From contig JAPETS010000012.1 in NCBI GenBank assembly GCA_026023565.1, positions 682,001-746,000 on the forward strand: a stretch of 64,000 nucleotides of DNA, in the 5' to 3' direction. The notes under the pieces are model-generated. The model worked only from the letters and a program-made list of their open reading frames with translations. It ran no database searches and was not told the DNA's origin. A program made the translations under genes and the position numbers. The DNA comes from Cirrosporium novae-zelandiae (Eukaryota). Positions 37,042 through 50,689 of the stretch are shown here, piece after piece (positions within the stretch are counted from its first letter, which is position 1; the number at the start of each line of letters is the position of its first letter).

Positions 37042-38454
37042 ATGGAAAGGCGCACTGGTGAAAGCCCGATGGACTTTGAATGGCAAGGTCAAGGTCCAGT
37101 TGATACATCTTCTCCCTTTATCCAACACGCCAATAACTGGCATCAGAATCAAAGCGCTATGGGGAAAAAACGTAAGTGGACAACTTTCGCCATCCATTGC
37201 TCAGCTTGGAAGACTAATATGATACTCTTCATAATATAGGAACCAGTAGCGCCGTCAGTTCTCCGCAAAAACCGTCGACTCCGAAGCTGAGAGAGCCCAA
37301 CAACCAGCCATACTACTTCCCGATTGTCACTCCTACCAAACCTCTATCATCCTTCCGTACTCCTTCGTTCACCACGCCCCGCAACATGGAGATTGACTTC
37401 TCCTCCGGCGCTGAATTCTCCTCTCCAGACAATGCAGATACTGAAGAAACCCCCCAACCAAAGCCTAAGAGTTCAAACTCTCCACTAGCAAAAATGAAGT
37501 TGGCTACTCGGAACTCTTTTTATAAAGCCTTTGGCAAACCTGGACCCGCTCCGGGCAGAGGAGAAGTTCCGCGCGGCGCATTTTCGGACAAGGTCACTAA
37601 ACGAAAGGAGCGGAAGCATCATAAAAAGGATCATCGTCTGGCGTTGAGGAAACCCAGTCGAGAGCATGATTCGCATTCAGGCAGCAGCGAAAGTAACGAG
37701 AAGAGACCAGAATCCAACTCACACAAGCTAGCCTGGATCCCAGCTATCCTGGCCTGGATGGAAGCGCATCCGCATGTACCGAACGTGCTGGCCCGCTATA
37801 TGCAGTTTCTTTTGAGCTTTTTCATGTGTAGTCTTCTCATGTACGGCGTCTACAGTTTCTACTCGACAGTTCGATCAGACGTCGACATGCGCAGCGATGA
37901 AGAGGTATCTAGAGTGCTAACAGAGATGGCATTTTGCGCGAAGCAGTATAACTCCAACGGGTGTGGAAGTAGTAAACGAGTTCCATATATGGAAACGGCC
38001 TGCAATTCCTGGGAAGAGTGTATGAACAAGGATGCCAGCGTACCCAGGGCAAGAATGTCGGCGCAGACATTTGCTCATATATTCAACGACTTTATCGAGA
38101 CTATATCCTACAAAACCATGGCAAGTCCCTACTACCTATCATCTCACAAACAATCGCACCATCTAACTCTCTTTACTCCAGATCTTCACAATCGCCATGA
38201 TGTGCAGCCTAATGGTATTCTCAAACGGCCTATTCCCATGGAGACGAGCCAACGACTCCCAATATACCCAACCTCTCCCACCCCAATATATGACTCTACC
38301 CCCCCAAACCCCCCAGCACATGCGCTACGAAAACTTCAACAACGAACAATATTTCACCCCGTACCAGAATCCGGGGGTTTACGGATCCCCCGTGCGGCCC
38401 CAGCTACAAGATGAATTTAGGGAAAGTCCCGCAAAGCGGTTGCAGTTCAGATAG
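37042..38454 (+). CDS. Nuclear envelope protein of the Brl1/Brr6 family (3 exons)
   Basis: MERRTGESPMDFEW start; TM helix, four-Cys luminal loop CAKQYNSNGC...ACNSWEECM, then FNDFIETISYKTM and a second TM. Introns 37172-37239 and 38121-38181 (GC donor). Confidence 0.9.
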
Positions 38455-39805
38455 ATAGCAAATGCCATACAAAACAAAAACAAAAGGGGGGATCTTGGTT
38501 AACTAGGATGGATGGATTGTGGAGGGTGGGTGGGGTTTAGGGTATATATTGTGTGTGGAGTTGTGGTTCTGTTGGTTGGGCTGGGTTGGTACATTACAAG
38601 CAATCCCTCCCTATAATGGGATAGGGATAGGGATATGACAAATTTCCGGAAAGAGGGTTTACAAGGGAATGACACAACTGCCATCGAATATTTGTATCGG
38701 GATTTTTTTTTTGGTTTACCTCCCTTTGTCATGTCCATGTGTCTTCAAAAAAAAACAAAATAGTTTAAAAGAGTAAATGAAACGGGGCTCAAAAAATAAA
38801 CATTTTTTCGTTTAGCCAAAGAGGTTTTTTTTTTATGACTACAAAGCGAAGCAAAGCAAAAAATAAAGCCAAAACAAGGCATTCTAATCTCTTTCGTTCT
38901 CTCGTGTCTCTCGTCTCCGTCTCTTGTTATGACGAATGTCTTCGTTTTTATACATATACATATACAAAATAGAAATTGAATATGTTTATAAGCGTTACCA
39001 ATATCGTTTACATTTAATATTTACATCTACATTCCCTTCCCTTTATAAAATAATAATAAGAAAATATTAAAAGAGCAAACCACCAATCACTCTCCCACCA
39101 AACCAAACCAAACCAAAAGGAAGGAACATGGAATATCCGTAATCTGCTACTTGAGCGGATACCTACCTACCTACCTACCTACCTACCTATTTAATGTTAA
39201 GATATATATAACCCTGGCTGCGCGCCGTACAGTAATAATTACAAAGAGGAAACAAGGCATTCTAATCTCTCTCTCACTCTCTCATGTCTCTCTCGTATCT
39301 CGTTATAACGGATGGATGTTTTTTATACAATGTACACACATACACATATACACAACACAAAATTAAAATTAAAAATTAAAACATAACAAATTAGAGGTTA
39401 CTAGTCCCATTCACATTTACATTTATTTCATTGGGAAGGTTGGCAAGGAGAAGAAGGGGGAGGGGGAGGAGGAGAAGGAGAAGGAGAAGATGGAAAGGGG
39501 GAAGGAAATATATATATATTTCTTTTTGAAAATTTCCCTTTTGTATTGCTTAATTGAGTATGCTTGGGATGGATGGATGGGTGTGGGTGTGGAATAACAG
39601 GACCTTTTTTTTTTTTATCTGATGTCTGATCTTTGTTTAGGAGAAAGGATATTTATGATTAATATCTATATCTATGTTTTATATAAGAAAAGGGAGGGAG
39701 GGATCTTTTTTTTTTTGTTTCTTCCTTTTCCTTTTTTTTCTTTATTTATCCTAATCCAAGCTAATTATCCCATCTTTATCTCTTTTCGTCCCCATCTTAT
39801 CCTCT

Positions 39806-39806
<1 letters not shown>

Positions 39807-39855
<49 letters not shown>
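39807..39855. repeat. 49-nt poly(C) tract
   Basis: Uninterrupted C run. Confidence 0.9.
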
Positions 39856-39856
<1 letters not shown>

Positions 39857-40964
39857 CCCTCCGCCACGACTACCCTATCCCAACTTCTTAACATATTTTT
39901 TCTACTTCTTACTCTATCCTACTATCTCTCCAACCCAACCCATCCTATAATCTATATTTACAATCCCAATCCCATTCCCATTCCTATTCCCATCCCTATA
40001 CTCCCCCTCTTACTCCCCCCTTACTCTCCTTGTCCATTTATTTAGTTAAATCTAATTAAATATAGGGGGTTATTGGAGTTGGAGTTGAAGTTGAAGGTGG
40101 AGTATGGATAGTGTATGGATATAATAGGTAAAAAAAAAGAAAGAAAAGAAAAAGAAAGAAGAAACAGGGTGGGAGATAAGTAGGTAGGTCTAAAAAAAAA
40201 AAAGAGGGGGCGGGAATGGAAGGTGGAAGATGGAAGGGTGGAAGGCGAAAATGTGATGGGTCTGATATCTAACATCTACCTAGGTACTACTGTACCTAGA
40301 TAATCTACGGTGGTGCGGGTCTCATAAACCAAAAAGGGAAGATATAAACCCTCTCCACTTTCTTCTTTCCTCCCCTTCTTTTGATTCTATCTTTCCATCC
40401 CTTTCCCTCTCTTATGGATCCAAACCCTCCACGCACACACCTCACGCACACACTCCAAACCCTCGATATAAAAAAAAAAAAAAAAGGGAAAAAAAAAAAG
40501 GAAAAGACAAATAAAAATTTGGAAATTTGAAAATAGATTGGATTTAATTTGATATATATATAAAACTACAGATCTGATATCTAAATATCACCTATACCTA
40601 ATAGATAATCAAATACGCATCCCACAAGACAAAAAGAGGGGGTAAGATATAAAAATATAAAACTTTAATCTCTTTATTTTTTATTCTTCTTTCTACCCTT
40701 CTTTCTTCTATCCTTTCACTCTCGCATTAACCTAAACCCTCCATAAAAAAAACAGATGAAAATTGAAAATGGATTGGATTGGATTGGATTTTGGTATATT
40801 TTAGTGTGTGTGTGTGTGTGTGCTATACCATGAAATAAATATACGAGATATGACAAGGGAGGGAGGGGGGTAAGTTGTAAACTCTATTCATTCCTTCCTC
40901 CTCTCTTCCTTCTATCTATCTTCCTTTCCCTTCTCTCTCTCTCTCTCTCTCATTGATCCCTTCA

Positions 40965-43900
40965 CTACACTCCCATACCAGCCTCCGACGACGCAACCAT
41001 ATCAAACATATCAAACACAGACTCCGGATTTTCATACCCCCCCTCCTCCTGCCCCCCATCCTCCCCCTTCTCCTCCTTCCTCGCACCAACACCAACAACA
41101 ACGTCTCCATACTCGACATCAATCCTACCCAAACAATCAGTACCATCCAATCCCACAAGCACAAAATAACAAAAAAACACATACCCAAACCCCCCCGGCC
41201 CCCCAACCTCCAACCCCCTCTTCGAAGTCCAAATCGGCGGTGCACGAAGCGCGATCACGCTTACTCGGAGACCGTATTTGTAATCTGAGGTTCCGAGGGG
41301 GGTGCCGTTGGTTGTGGAGAGGAACTATATATGGAAGTTATTAGTGTGGGAAGTAGTGAGGATGAGGAAAAGGAGGCTTAAAGACTTACGGTTATTAAAT
41401 CCGGACAGCATGCTAAGATCTTGTCCTTATTATTTTCTTGTCGTAAAACCGCAACAAGATTCTCATTTTCGAATTCCACGAATAAAGATCTCTTCCCCTT
41501 CTTTTTCCCATTCCCATTCCCATCTACAGATTCTTCTACCAAAACATCACCCCTAGTAAACCCACCCGTAACCCTCCTCTCCACCGAAACGATTTTTCCA
41601 CAAAACAGAAGACGGGAGGGGCCGTTTACAGCACTGCTAGGGGTGGTAGTAGTGTTTTTTAGGACCGATTCTACGACATTTTGTTTCCGCATGCGTGCGA
41701 GTGCCATGGTGTGGCCTATTTTCCAGGCTTGGGATGGGATTGGGTTAGTGCGCGGATGGGATGGGGAAGGTGGATGTATATTTACCATGAGAGAAACTGT
41801 GGGGAGGTAGGGATTTTGCTTCGGTGCCTGAGAGGGGGTTTATGCACATTCCGGCGAGGGAACCGAAGGTGGTGCAGGCGGATCGCATGAGGGTTTCGGC
41901 GGTTTGAGGGGTTTCTGGGGTTTTGAAGACCTAGTGGAAGGGTTAGGTTCATTATGGGTGAGTAAGTAAGTAAATAAGTAAAATCCTTTTTTGTCTGTCT
42001 ATATTGGGGGGGCGGCGGGGGATATATAGAGAATAAAAGAAATTAACTGTTACTGTAACAGTACAGTACATATACGTACCTTACAATTCCCACACCCATC
42101 AGAAACAGCCGCCGGGGTAACCGAAACCCCATTCAGACAACGTACGGTCTGCCAGACGAAGGGATACGCTCGGGCGACACAATCGGTGTTGAGGACGCAG
42201 ATTCCGAAGCGATGAGCGGCTAGGAGGGCTTCGAAGGCGTTTAGGCCTCCGATTTCGTTTGGGATGATGGCGGCGATGGTGGTTTTGTTTGTGTTTGTGG
42301 TTGAGATTATTGCTTGGATGGCTGTGGTGACTCTGTTTTTTGGGGGGGAGGGTAGTTAGTTATTTTTGTGGGGGGAGAGGAGGAGGGGAGAGGAGGAGTT
42401 TTTTTTACTCTTCTGTTCCTGGGACTCGTTCTAGATATACGCTTGGGGAGCCCTATCGAACATATTAGCGTTTGTCTTGAAAGTCTGTCGTTGTTGTTTT
42501 CGTTAGCAGCATAACAGTACCATAAAGCCGGCTACAAGGACAGTCGTGTCGTCAGGGATAGCTTCCTGCTTGCGAATTTTGAGCTGTCCCCCATTCCGAA
42601 GCACCTGCAAACAGGCTAGATAACTGGGATAAGGCTCCCCGCAACTACCAACTCCTAGCACCCCCGCTCCGTCGACTAGGAAATCGAGGTCGAGTTCAGA
42701 AAGAAACCAAATGTCGTTTTCTATTTTTGGACGGTATGTTTCTAGGTCAACCTGCTGTATGGGTTCAAGGGTAATATCCCCTATCAACTTCTGCGAGTTA
42801 TCAGCAAAATCAGGTGGCGGTTCACAAATATCCATGTCTTCTTCGACTTCTACTGTTTCATCAGTCATATCTCTGTGTTCATCCGTGAGATCGCCGACCG
42901 TTCGAACAATAATTCTTGTTGCCCTGGTCGTTACGTATGATATGGGAACCACTTCTATCTCAACAACCTGAAGGGTTGACTCGTTGCCTCCAGCAGCTAT
43001 ACATCTCTCTTTAGCCAGAAGTTTCGCATTTTCAATCAATGGCTCTAGGCCCTGCCCATCTGGGATGGCTATGGTGTCAACTTCGCCGCTTATCTTGCCA
43101 ATCTATATCATGCATTCTCAGTTCAAACGAACGGGTGCGGGTCCTGGATGAAGATATGGCTTACCGCAGCACCGACAGCATTGGCTACTTCGAAGAATTT
43201 TGGTCGGAAAATCCGCCCCACCCCTTCGATGCTATCACCAATTATTATACTGCCACCTCCGACAAGCAAGACTGTGGCATCTCCCTTTTTGGTCTTGACA
43301 AGATCGATGGCAGCCTCTACAGTCTCTTTGACCTTAGACAGAGCTGCGGATTTTACATCTGGAGTAAAGTGATCTAATATGCTTCGATCTGAGGCGACGA
43401 GGTCAGTAGCCTGAGCATCTCATCCGCAAATTAGCCACTTTACAAGACACCGAGAAGATGGACGCACAGTTAGAGTATGGCCTCCAAATGATATGGCCTG
43501 GGTTGTCAGATTGGCTCCCACAGAGTCTGGGCCCACAGAGACTTGCTCATTTGCATACGTTCTCACGATTGACCCACCTCCAAGGCCAATACTATGAACG
43601 TCGGGTATAGTGAAATTAGTACGCACCCCGGCAATTTTCACAAATGCCGCCGATTGCCTGGGAAAACCGCTCTCCAGCAGAGCACAGATATCGGTCGTTG
43701 TTCCACCAACATCAACGACGAGCACTTCCGATCCGTCCCCACCAATATCGCCCAAAGTACCATCTAATTCTGCAAGGAGTGCTGCTCCTCGCGCACTGTT
43801 AGTGGGACCAGATGAAAAGCATCGGACGGGATAGTCAGCCGCGGTCGAAGCTTCACTGAGGGTCCCATCATTCAATGTGATATATAATCGACATTTTCCA

Positions 43901-45026
43901 AGATGCCGTATAGCGGATCGTAGTCCGGTAATGACACGCCGCGCAAATCGTCGAAGACTTGCATTTAGGATGCTCGCATTTTCACGCTCCAAGAAACCTA
44001 GCCGGCCCACCGTATGGGAACATGAAACGTCGTAACTGGAGCCTAGCTCCGTAGCCAGAATTGAACGAGCAGAGAGCTCCTGTGAAGGATTAGACGGCGA
44101 GTAAACTCCAACCACCACAATGCTCTTGATCCCCTTTGCCCTGATAATGGAAGCCTGCTCCTTGAGCTGGTCTACACTCAATTCTGATATCTGCTCCCCG
44201 TGAACTAAAATCGGTTAGCTTTGGATAGGAAACTTGTATAGCACTTGAATATATTTAGGCATCGTGTAAGATCAAAAAATAATGTCAAGAGTTTCCCAGA
44301 ATGAGGCCGGGCTGAATATAGCTGTTGAGTAGAAATTGAACGATATGAAAATTGATACAAAAATTTCGACTCAAAGATAGACAATGCTCATAACAAATAC
44401 TTAAAAAAAGGAGTAGACATCTGTGAGTTAACTCTACAGGCTGTTTGGAAATGCAAAATCAACTACAAGGGTTCTGCAATTCGCACCTTGAAAGCCACCA
44501 TCGACATAACCAAAATGCCCTTCCACTAGACCCCTAAGCTTGAACGGGAAATCCACTATGCAGATGCCCAATATTAGTATTCAATAGCCTACCTCAAAAG
44601 TGTAATTCTTAGTAGTTGGTCACCAAAAGGCGGAGACCCTTTGGTATAAGGTCCGCATAAACGTATCACAGCTACTTTATCCAATTTACTGCCATCTTGT
44701 TCCAGCACTGCATTCACAAATTGCTACGAGCATAGATAAGCCAGTGTCGAAAGCCAAAGTTTCCCAACTTCATGATTGGTGGTGACTATGGCGTAGGAAA
44801 AAATTGCACTCACAGTCGTGCCTATCCTAACTGAAGTGATTTGTTCTGGAGCGACGCTGGCTTTTTCTATTATTGCTCTGATGGCCGTGAACATACCTCC
44901 ATAGAAATCTGCCGTCGTGGGATTCTTGTGCCAGGCCAGGACCCGACTGTTCTGCAGGATTACAGCATCGGTGTTGGTTCCACCCACGTCAATTCCAAGG
45001 ACGCAAGAGAAATTTTTCGAAGGCAT
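40965..45026 (-). CDS. Hydantoinase/oxoprolinase-family protein fused to a C-terminal DUF917 domain (~11 exons)
   Basis: LGIDVGGTNTDAV, GFLERENASILNA, SSGPTNSARGAA, VVDVGGTTTD, SIGLGGGS, ANAVGAA. DUF917 part: GAGVLGVGSCGEPY, EIGGLN...DCVARAYP, GGFTRG, EFENENL, PDLITV. Confidence 0.92.
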
Positions 45027-45652
45027 CTCGGAAGGTTTGGAAGATATTGTCAGACAGCACATGCATTCACACAAATAGAATGGACAAATTTCAAAGATCG
45101 GCAGGGAAGAGTATATGTGGCTCGGTTCGGTATTGGAGCATCACATTTCGAGCGAAGAATATTCCGAGTCACCGGAGATACACGGTAAGAAGCATCACTT
45201 AAGGGAGCATCACCGGACTGAGTTGCAGTCATGATGCCGATGCCGATGATGGGATGGCGGTAACAGCATGCTACCGTCGTGGGTAGCTATAAGTAACACT
45301 GTCCAGGCCTTGGCCTTATTGTCTAATGATATTGCTAGGAATAGACAGGATGGTCAAATAAAACGCTGCGGGGAATTCGCCAGCAGATCTGCCGAAATCA
45401 CTCTAACCAATAAAAATGGTTGCATCCAAAAACAACCCCTGGAGTCGGCCCCGTAATGCATCCGACGTATGATTGTTGATATTCCAGCAGCAATAGCCTC
45501 AGAGATAAGGTCCAGGGTTGTTCCTGAGTACGTAGGCTTGCGAGGTATATATATCGCCGTGGATTCAGTTTCCCAGCCATGCGAACAGAGTGTCGGGTGT
45601 GATTCGAGTTAACCCACGCTAATTGATCTACCGAAGTCATTTCAATTACGAA

Positions 45653-47448
45653 ATGGCCGATATCGACCAAGATAATGACTCGAAATTACCCCAGTCTGCA
45701 GCAGCCCCCGTGGCAGGTCCTGTAACCAACCTTCCAGAAACCGCCTTCCTGGGTGACCGTCAAAGTGCCATCCCCGGCGGAGCGCCGGCGACAAAAAAAG
45801 AAGTCTGGGCATACTACGCATATTATGCTGGCAATAACGGCATTGGGTCTTTTCAATAGTAAGTTATATAAAAGCGCCAATGCGGATGCAAGGTGTTGAT
45901 TCCACCAGAGTATGCTAATCCTTCGTCTTAGCTCCAATCTACTCTTTCAGAACCTCATTTATCAAGCTGGGTTTAATCCCAATGCCAAACCACTTGGCAG
46001 CGTGTCTTGCGATGTCGACCCCTCCGCGCCTTGCCATGTCTTCTGGGGCGGTGGAAACAAGACTAAACCATATAGCTCTGTTGTTCTAATTGCCTCCGGG
46101 TTGACCTTTGTCAGCCAGGCCGTACTCTTCATCGGAGTTGGTAGCCTGGCAGACTACGGTAATTGGAACCCTTGGGTTGTCAGAGTTTTCTCTGTCCTCT
46201 CCTGGGCCTTTGAGTTTGGATTCTTGGGTGTCAAAACCCCGAGCAAATGGAGAACCGCTATGGCGCTATACATCCTGAGCGGTGAGTCCACTCTGGGGGT
46301 TTTCTGTCTACTCTTGATTTTTATGTCTCCCATGGCCATGCTGCTAACGACCCCAAGGCGTGACTTTCTGGGCCTCATATGTCTTTTTCAATGCCATCTT
46401 CCCAAAGCTGTCTCATGACCTTCCCGAAATTCGAGCTGTCACAGAGGAGTTTGAGAACGGCCAGGTCACCGAAGAGTACTATGTGAACAAGTGCTCAATG
46501 GCACGCTCGAAGATCATGAATATATCTTACGGATGGAATAACGTCGGCTTCACAGCCTGCTGCGCACTCTCGCTGGCTGCTCTGGCCGGTATTGGGGCTA
46601 ATGATTCGACCGCGAAAAACAATTGGGGTTATTCGGTTAGTGTCGCGGTCTGTACGGGGTTTTGGATCCTCCTGGCCATCCCTTGGTTTTTCTGGGAAAA
46701 AAAACGCCCCGGTCCTCCAATTCCCAAGGGCGATAGCTACCTTACGTTTGGGTTCAAGCAAACGTGGTTTGCAGCCAAGCAAGCGTGGACCCTGTCACAG
46801 ACGTTGATCTACCTGGTTGCATTCTTTTGGCTCGCAGATGGAGTTTCAACCACGCTCACTTTGATTTCGATTGTACAGGCCAAGATTGTCACCTTTTCTG
46901 CTACTGAAAGCACCTATCTCATTATGGTGCAGGGGGGTTCTGCTATCGTCGGTGTATTCGGTGCCTACTATTTGCAGCGACTGTTCAACATCCGCACGAA
47001 AACCATGCTCCAGGTCACCAATTTTGGTTGCCTTTTGATCTGTCTGTGGGGAATGATCGGAATATGGACAACTCGCATCGGCTTTCACCATCTCTGGGAG
47101 TTTTGGTTTTTCAATGCTCAGTACGGCTTTACGCTGGGGGCTCAATTCTCTTATGGCCAAGCCTTTATGGCAGAACTGGTACCTCGGGGCCGGGAGTACA
47201 TGTTTTTCAGCCTACTCGGAATCGTGTCTAAAGGGTCGGCTTGGATAGGTCCCATCGTGTCTAGCGCGATCGTGGATGATAATGGGAATGAATGGACTGC
47301 ATTTCCTTGGGTGGCCGCGATGATATTTGTGCCTTGGGTAGCCATTTTCTTTATTGATGAGGGAAAGAGCCGGAAGGAATGTGGCGAATATTTAAAGAGG
47401 GAGACGGAAGGTTTGAGGAAAATTGGGAGTGATATGAAGACGGCTTAG
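45653..47448 (+). CDS. Atg22-like MFS transporter (3 exons)
   Basis: KKEVWAYYAYYAGNNG, GSLADYG, WEKKRPGPPIP, AFMAELVPRGREYMFFSLLGIVSKGSAWIGP; about 12 hydrophobic segments. Confidence 0.88.
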
Positions 47449-48564
47449 CTGTAGCAGCTGTGTTGGATAGACTTCATCTTGATACGTGTCATCTGGTTAG
47501 GGAATATGAAAATATCGTAAATAATAGCACTATGTCAGATTAGGCTAACCGCAAGCTTCGGTTTTGAACGCCTCTGGTCTACCTTAGCAAGCTAGATACC
47601 TTGGAAAAGATGACGATAAGAAAAGGCGCAAGACACCTGGTTCATTGGACAAGAATTGGTTTCTCATCGACTATTCCAAACTTAGGGGGACACTGAATAT
47701 CAGTTGCTTGCAAATTGACAGGTCAGCCGCTTGCTTTTTATATGCGTCGCTTTATTGGATGTCGCGCTCGCTTCCTCGTATACCCGAATGATGATGCCGT
47801 CAATACCTTGTACAATGAGTCAGTACCGTTAGCCAAATCATTGATATGCAGTGTAGAAAAGGTGGAAATGAGAGAGGTCATGTTGAGGAGTACCAGGTAC
47901 TTATTTGCTGGGAGGAAGGAATCTGTGCACATGTATATACTCAATCCTTTCAACCAGCAACAGATGGCCACTACCAACAGAATCTAAATGCCCAAAAGCT
48001 TTGGCCTAGTAACCTATCTCAAATAAGATTCAGACATGAAAAAATTCTCCGAAAATAAAAGACATACATGGTTAACTAAAATGCCTGTGGGCTTTAACTT
48101 TGTTGTGGCAAGCCATGTGGTAAACCATATGGATCCAGTTCGAAGGAGAAGAGTGCGATACATACAATCATAGATATCATGTAAAAAAAAGACTGCATGG
48201 ATATACAGAAAGTGTTAGATGAGTATTAAAGGAAGAAATAAAATAAAACAATCCAGTTGCAGTCAATTGGCTATTTTCTATCCGCTAAAAAGGTATTCCT
48301 CTTCGCTAAAAGGAAAGGGGACCTCTTCACATGCAATCGAATACCGAAAATAAAAAGCTAGTCAATTGATGCGCGCTTCGTTCGTCATGATCGAATTGTC
48401 TTAAATCCAAATTGGTTTGTCCATGTTCAAGCTTTCCTATACATGCATTCATGCCGTTTCATTCCTGCGGTTCCCATTCCACAACACAACTTTGCCATCA
48501 TACCATCTAGGTCCCATATAATGCTGTCATTACACATTGCAACGTAAAGGGTTAAGAGATCACT

Positions 48565-49420
48565 CTATACGCTCTTGGCGTTGATCTTCTTGAGTTCAAC
48601 CACGCTGAGAGAAGGGGGAAAAAGTCAGTTAGGGATATGCAATAAAATGTTGGATAAGTCGTAAAATTGATGAACATGACTGTTTCCATGGGCCAAAAAA
48701 CAAGTTGTGGAGGGGCTTACAAGATCAAGGTGGCATTAGGAGGGATAAGGTTGGGAAATCCACTATCACATTTCTGTTAGTATTGCGCCCTTGTTATTTT
48801 TGAACATGCTTCTCTCGAGGGCTGTTGGCAGGATGAGTGATTAATGCAAAAATTTGGTGTAGATATTGATATCTACACAAACTCTAACATGTAATCCTCG
48901 ATTCTGCGTACTGTCCTCGGGGGAGGCATGGAAGAATACAGGAAAGGGATTATATATACCGGTTGCCATAGGCGTAATCTCTGTACAGAGAAAGTTGTTA
49001 GCATACGTTGATTTCAACATTTCAAAAGAATAAAACCTTACCCACTAATGGTCAGAGTTGCCTTCTCGCCCAAGGTCATCTGAACAACACCTTCATCCCA
49101 ACCTATTACCATTATCAGCATTCTGAACAAATATGTGGTTGAGAAAAGAGATTAGTTACCGCGAATGACCTTTCCAACACCAATGGGGGTCTCGAACAAA
49201 CCACGACCTTCGGAAGAATCAAACCTAGATAACGAATATCAGGTGAGCCAACAGCCCACAGATGAAGAGGGTAAAGAGAGCTATACTTCTTTCCCTTGTA
49301 TTCATTGGCAGCGGCCGCCTCGTCGTGAAGGTATCCAGTATATTCCATACCAACGAGATCACCTTTTTGAGGGTGGTCGACGCCATTGCCTTCTTTGATG
49401 ACCTTGCGAGTGACACCCAT
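48565..49420 (-). CDS. FPR1: FKBP12-type peptidyl-prolyl isomerase (6 exons)
   Basis: MGVTRKVIKEGNG...YTGYL...|FDSSEGRGLFETPIGVGKVIRG|WDEGVVQMTLGEKATLTISG|DYAYGNR|GFPNLIPPNATLIF|VVELKKINAKSV*. Confidence 0.95.
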
Positions 49421-50689
49421 CTTGAAGATTTGTATGCTGTGTAAGTTGGAAGAGGTTGAAGCTGGTTCAGCTGGAGGTTTGGAAGGTGGGATAATTGCAA
49501 TTGACAAGAGAAAAGACTCTCGGAGAAGCTTGAAATGGTGGAGGAATTGACTAGTACGATAGAAGGGTAAAATCGTTTTGAGTCAACAAAGAAGGTTTCG
49601 TCTGAAGGGAAGGCAGAATAATAGAATGGACTGGAAGGGTATTTAAAAAGTTTTTTTTTTTTCTTCTCTCAGCAACAACCCACGGCGCAGTAGACTAAAG
49701 TTTGGAAGGTGAGAAAGCTTTTTCCCCTTCTTGGTCGGATCGCCAATTGGCGTCTGGGGTTCGAGAACATCATGTTCTCATGTGCTCATGTTCTCGTCCG
49801 ATGCTCACAATTCAGCATGCTGCATGTCGTCAAACGGTTTGATCTAGTGCGTATTGTGGACAAGAAGGAAAAATGAGAATTTGGGTTCCCCGACGGAGAC
49901 GGAAAGACTTCCCTACTTTGATAGTGGCTCCATTAAATGCATGAATACCACCAAAGAGGAACCCAGAAGAAGACCAAAGGAGAAAAATATGCGTGTCGAA
50001 GCATCGTTCGTTGTCCAGTACCTGACAAGTGCCTGGTCAAGTGCCTGGTCAAGTGCCTGGTGGTACATTTTAGGATGGTCTGGGGGGGGGAGGGGGGATG
50101 CTTGGGTGGTTTTGGTGTAAGATGGTCTTTTTGTTTTTTTTTTGTTTACAATTCTGGGTCTTTGAATTGGTGATGGTGATGGCGATGTAGCGTATAGGAG
50201 CCCTGTGGGGATGGGATGGCGAAAATTAAAACCACTCAAGAGGTTGATGGGATAACTAAGCTTGGCCCCATCAGATACCACTTTAGGGCTCAAGCGGCCT
50301 AGGGATGTAAGTAGTTAAAACATAACAAATAGGAAAGAAGATCTAGAAAACATCGATTTGAACAAAATGTTTCCACTCATCCTAAACATGCACACTTTGG
50401 TAAGAAGATTCGGGTAAAGTAGTGCATATGAGCTATGTGTCGACTTGGTAAACAGAGTTGTGGTAACTTGTGGTACTTGAGGGAGATCTTGCAAATCTCC
50501 CACTTTCAAGGGACTTTTTTAGGACTTCAGGACTTCAGGACCACGGGACTGACGGGACTTACGGAAGAGCCACAAAAGGGTCACAGCCGAAGACCGGCAC
50601 ACACACCTGTACAGGCGGTGCAAAGCTGTGACGGGTGACAGTGATGGTGATGGGGGGGACATAGTCAACATACCTAAGGTGGTAGGTAA

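Noticed and set aside
39622..39891. Poly-proline ORF
   Set aside because: Artefact of the poly(C) tract.
50024..50062. Three 12-bp direct repeats CAAGTGCCTGGT
   Set aside because: Contiguous with no spacers in a eukaryotic genome; a simple minisatellite, not CRISPR.
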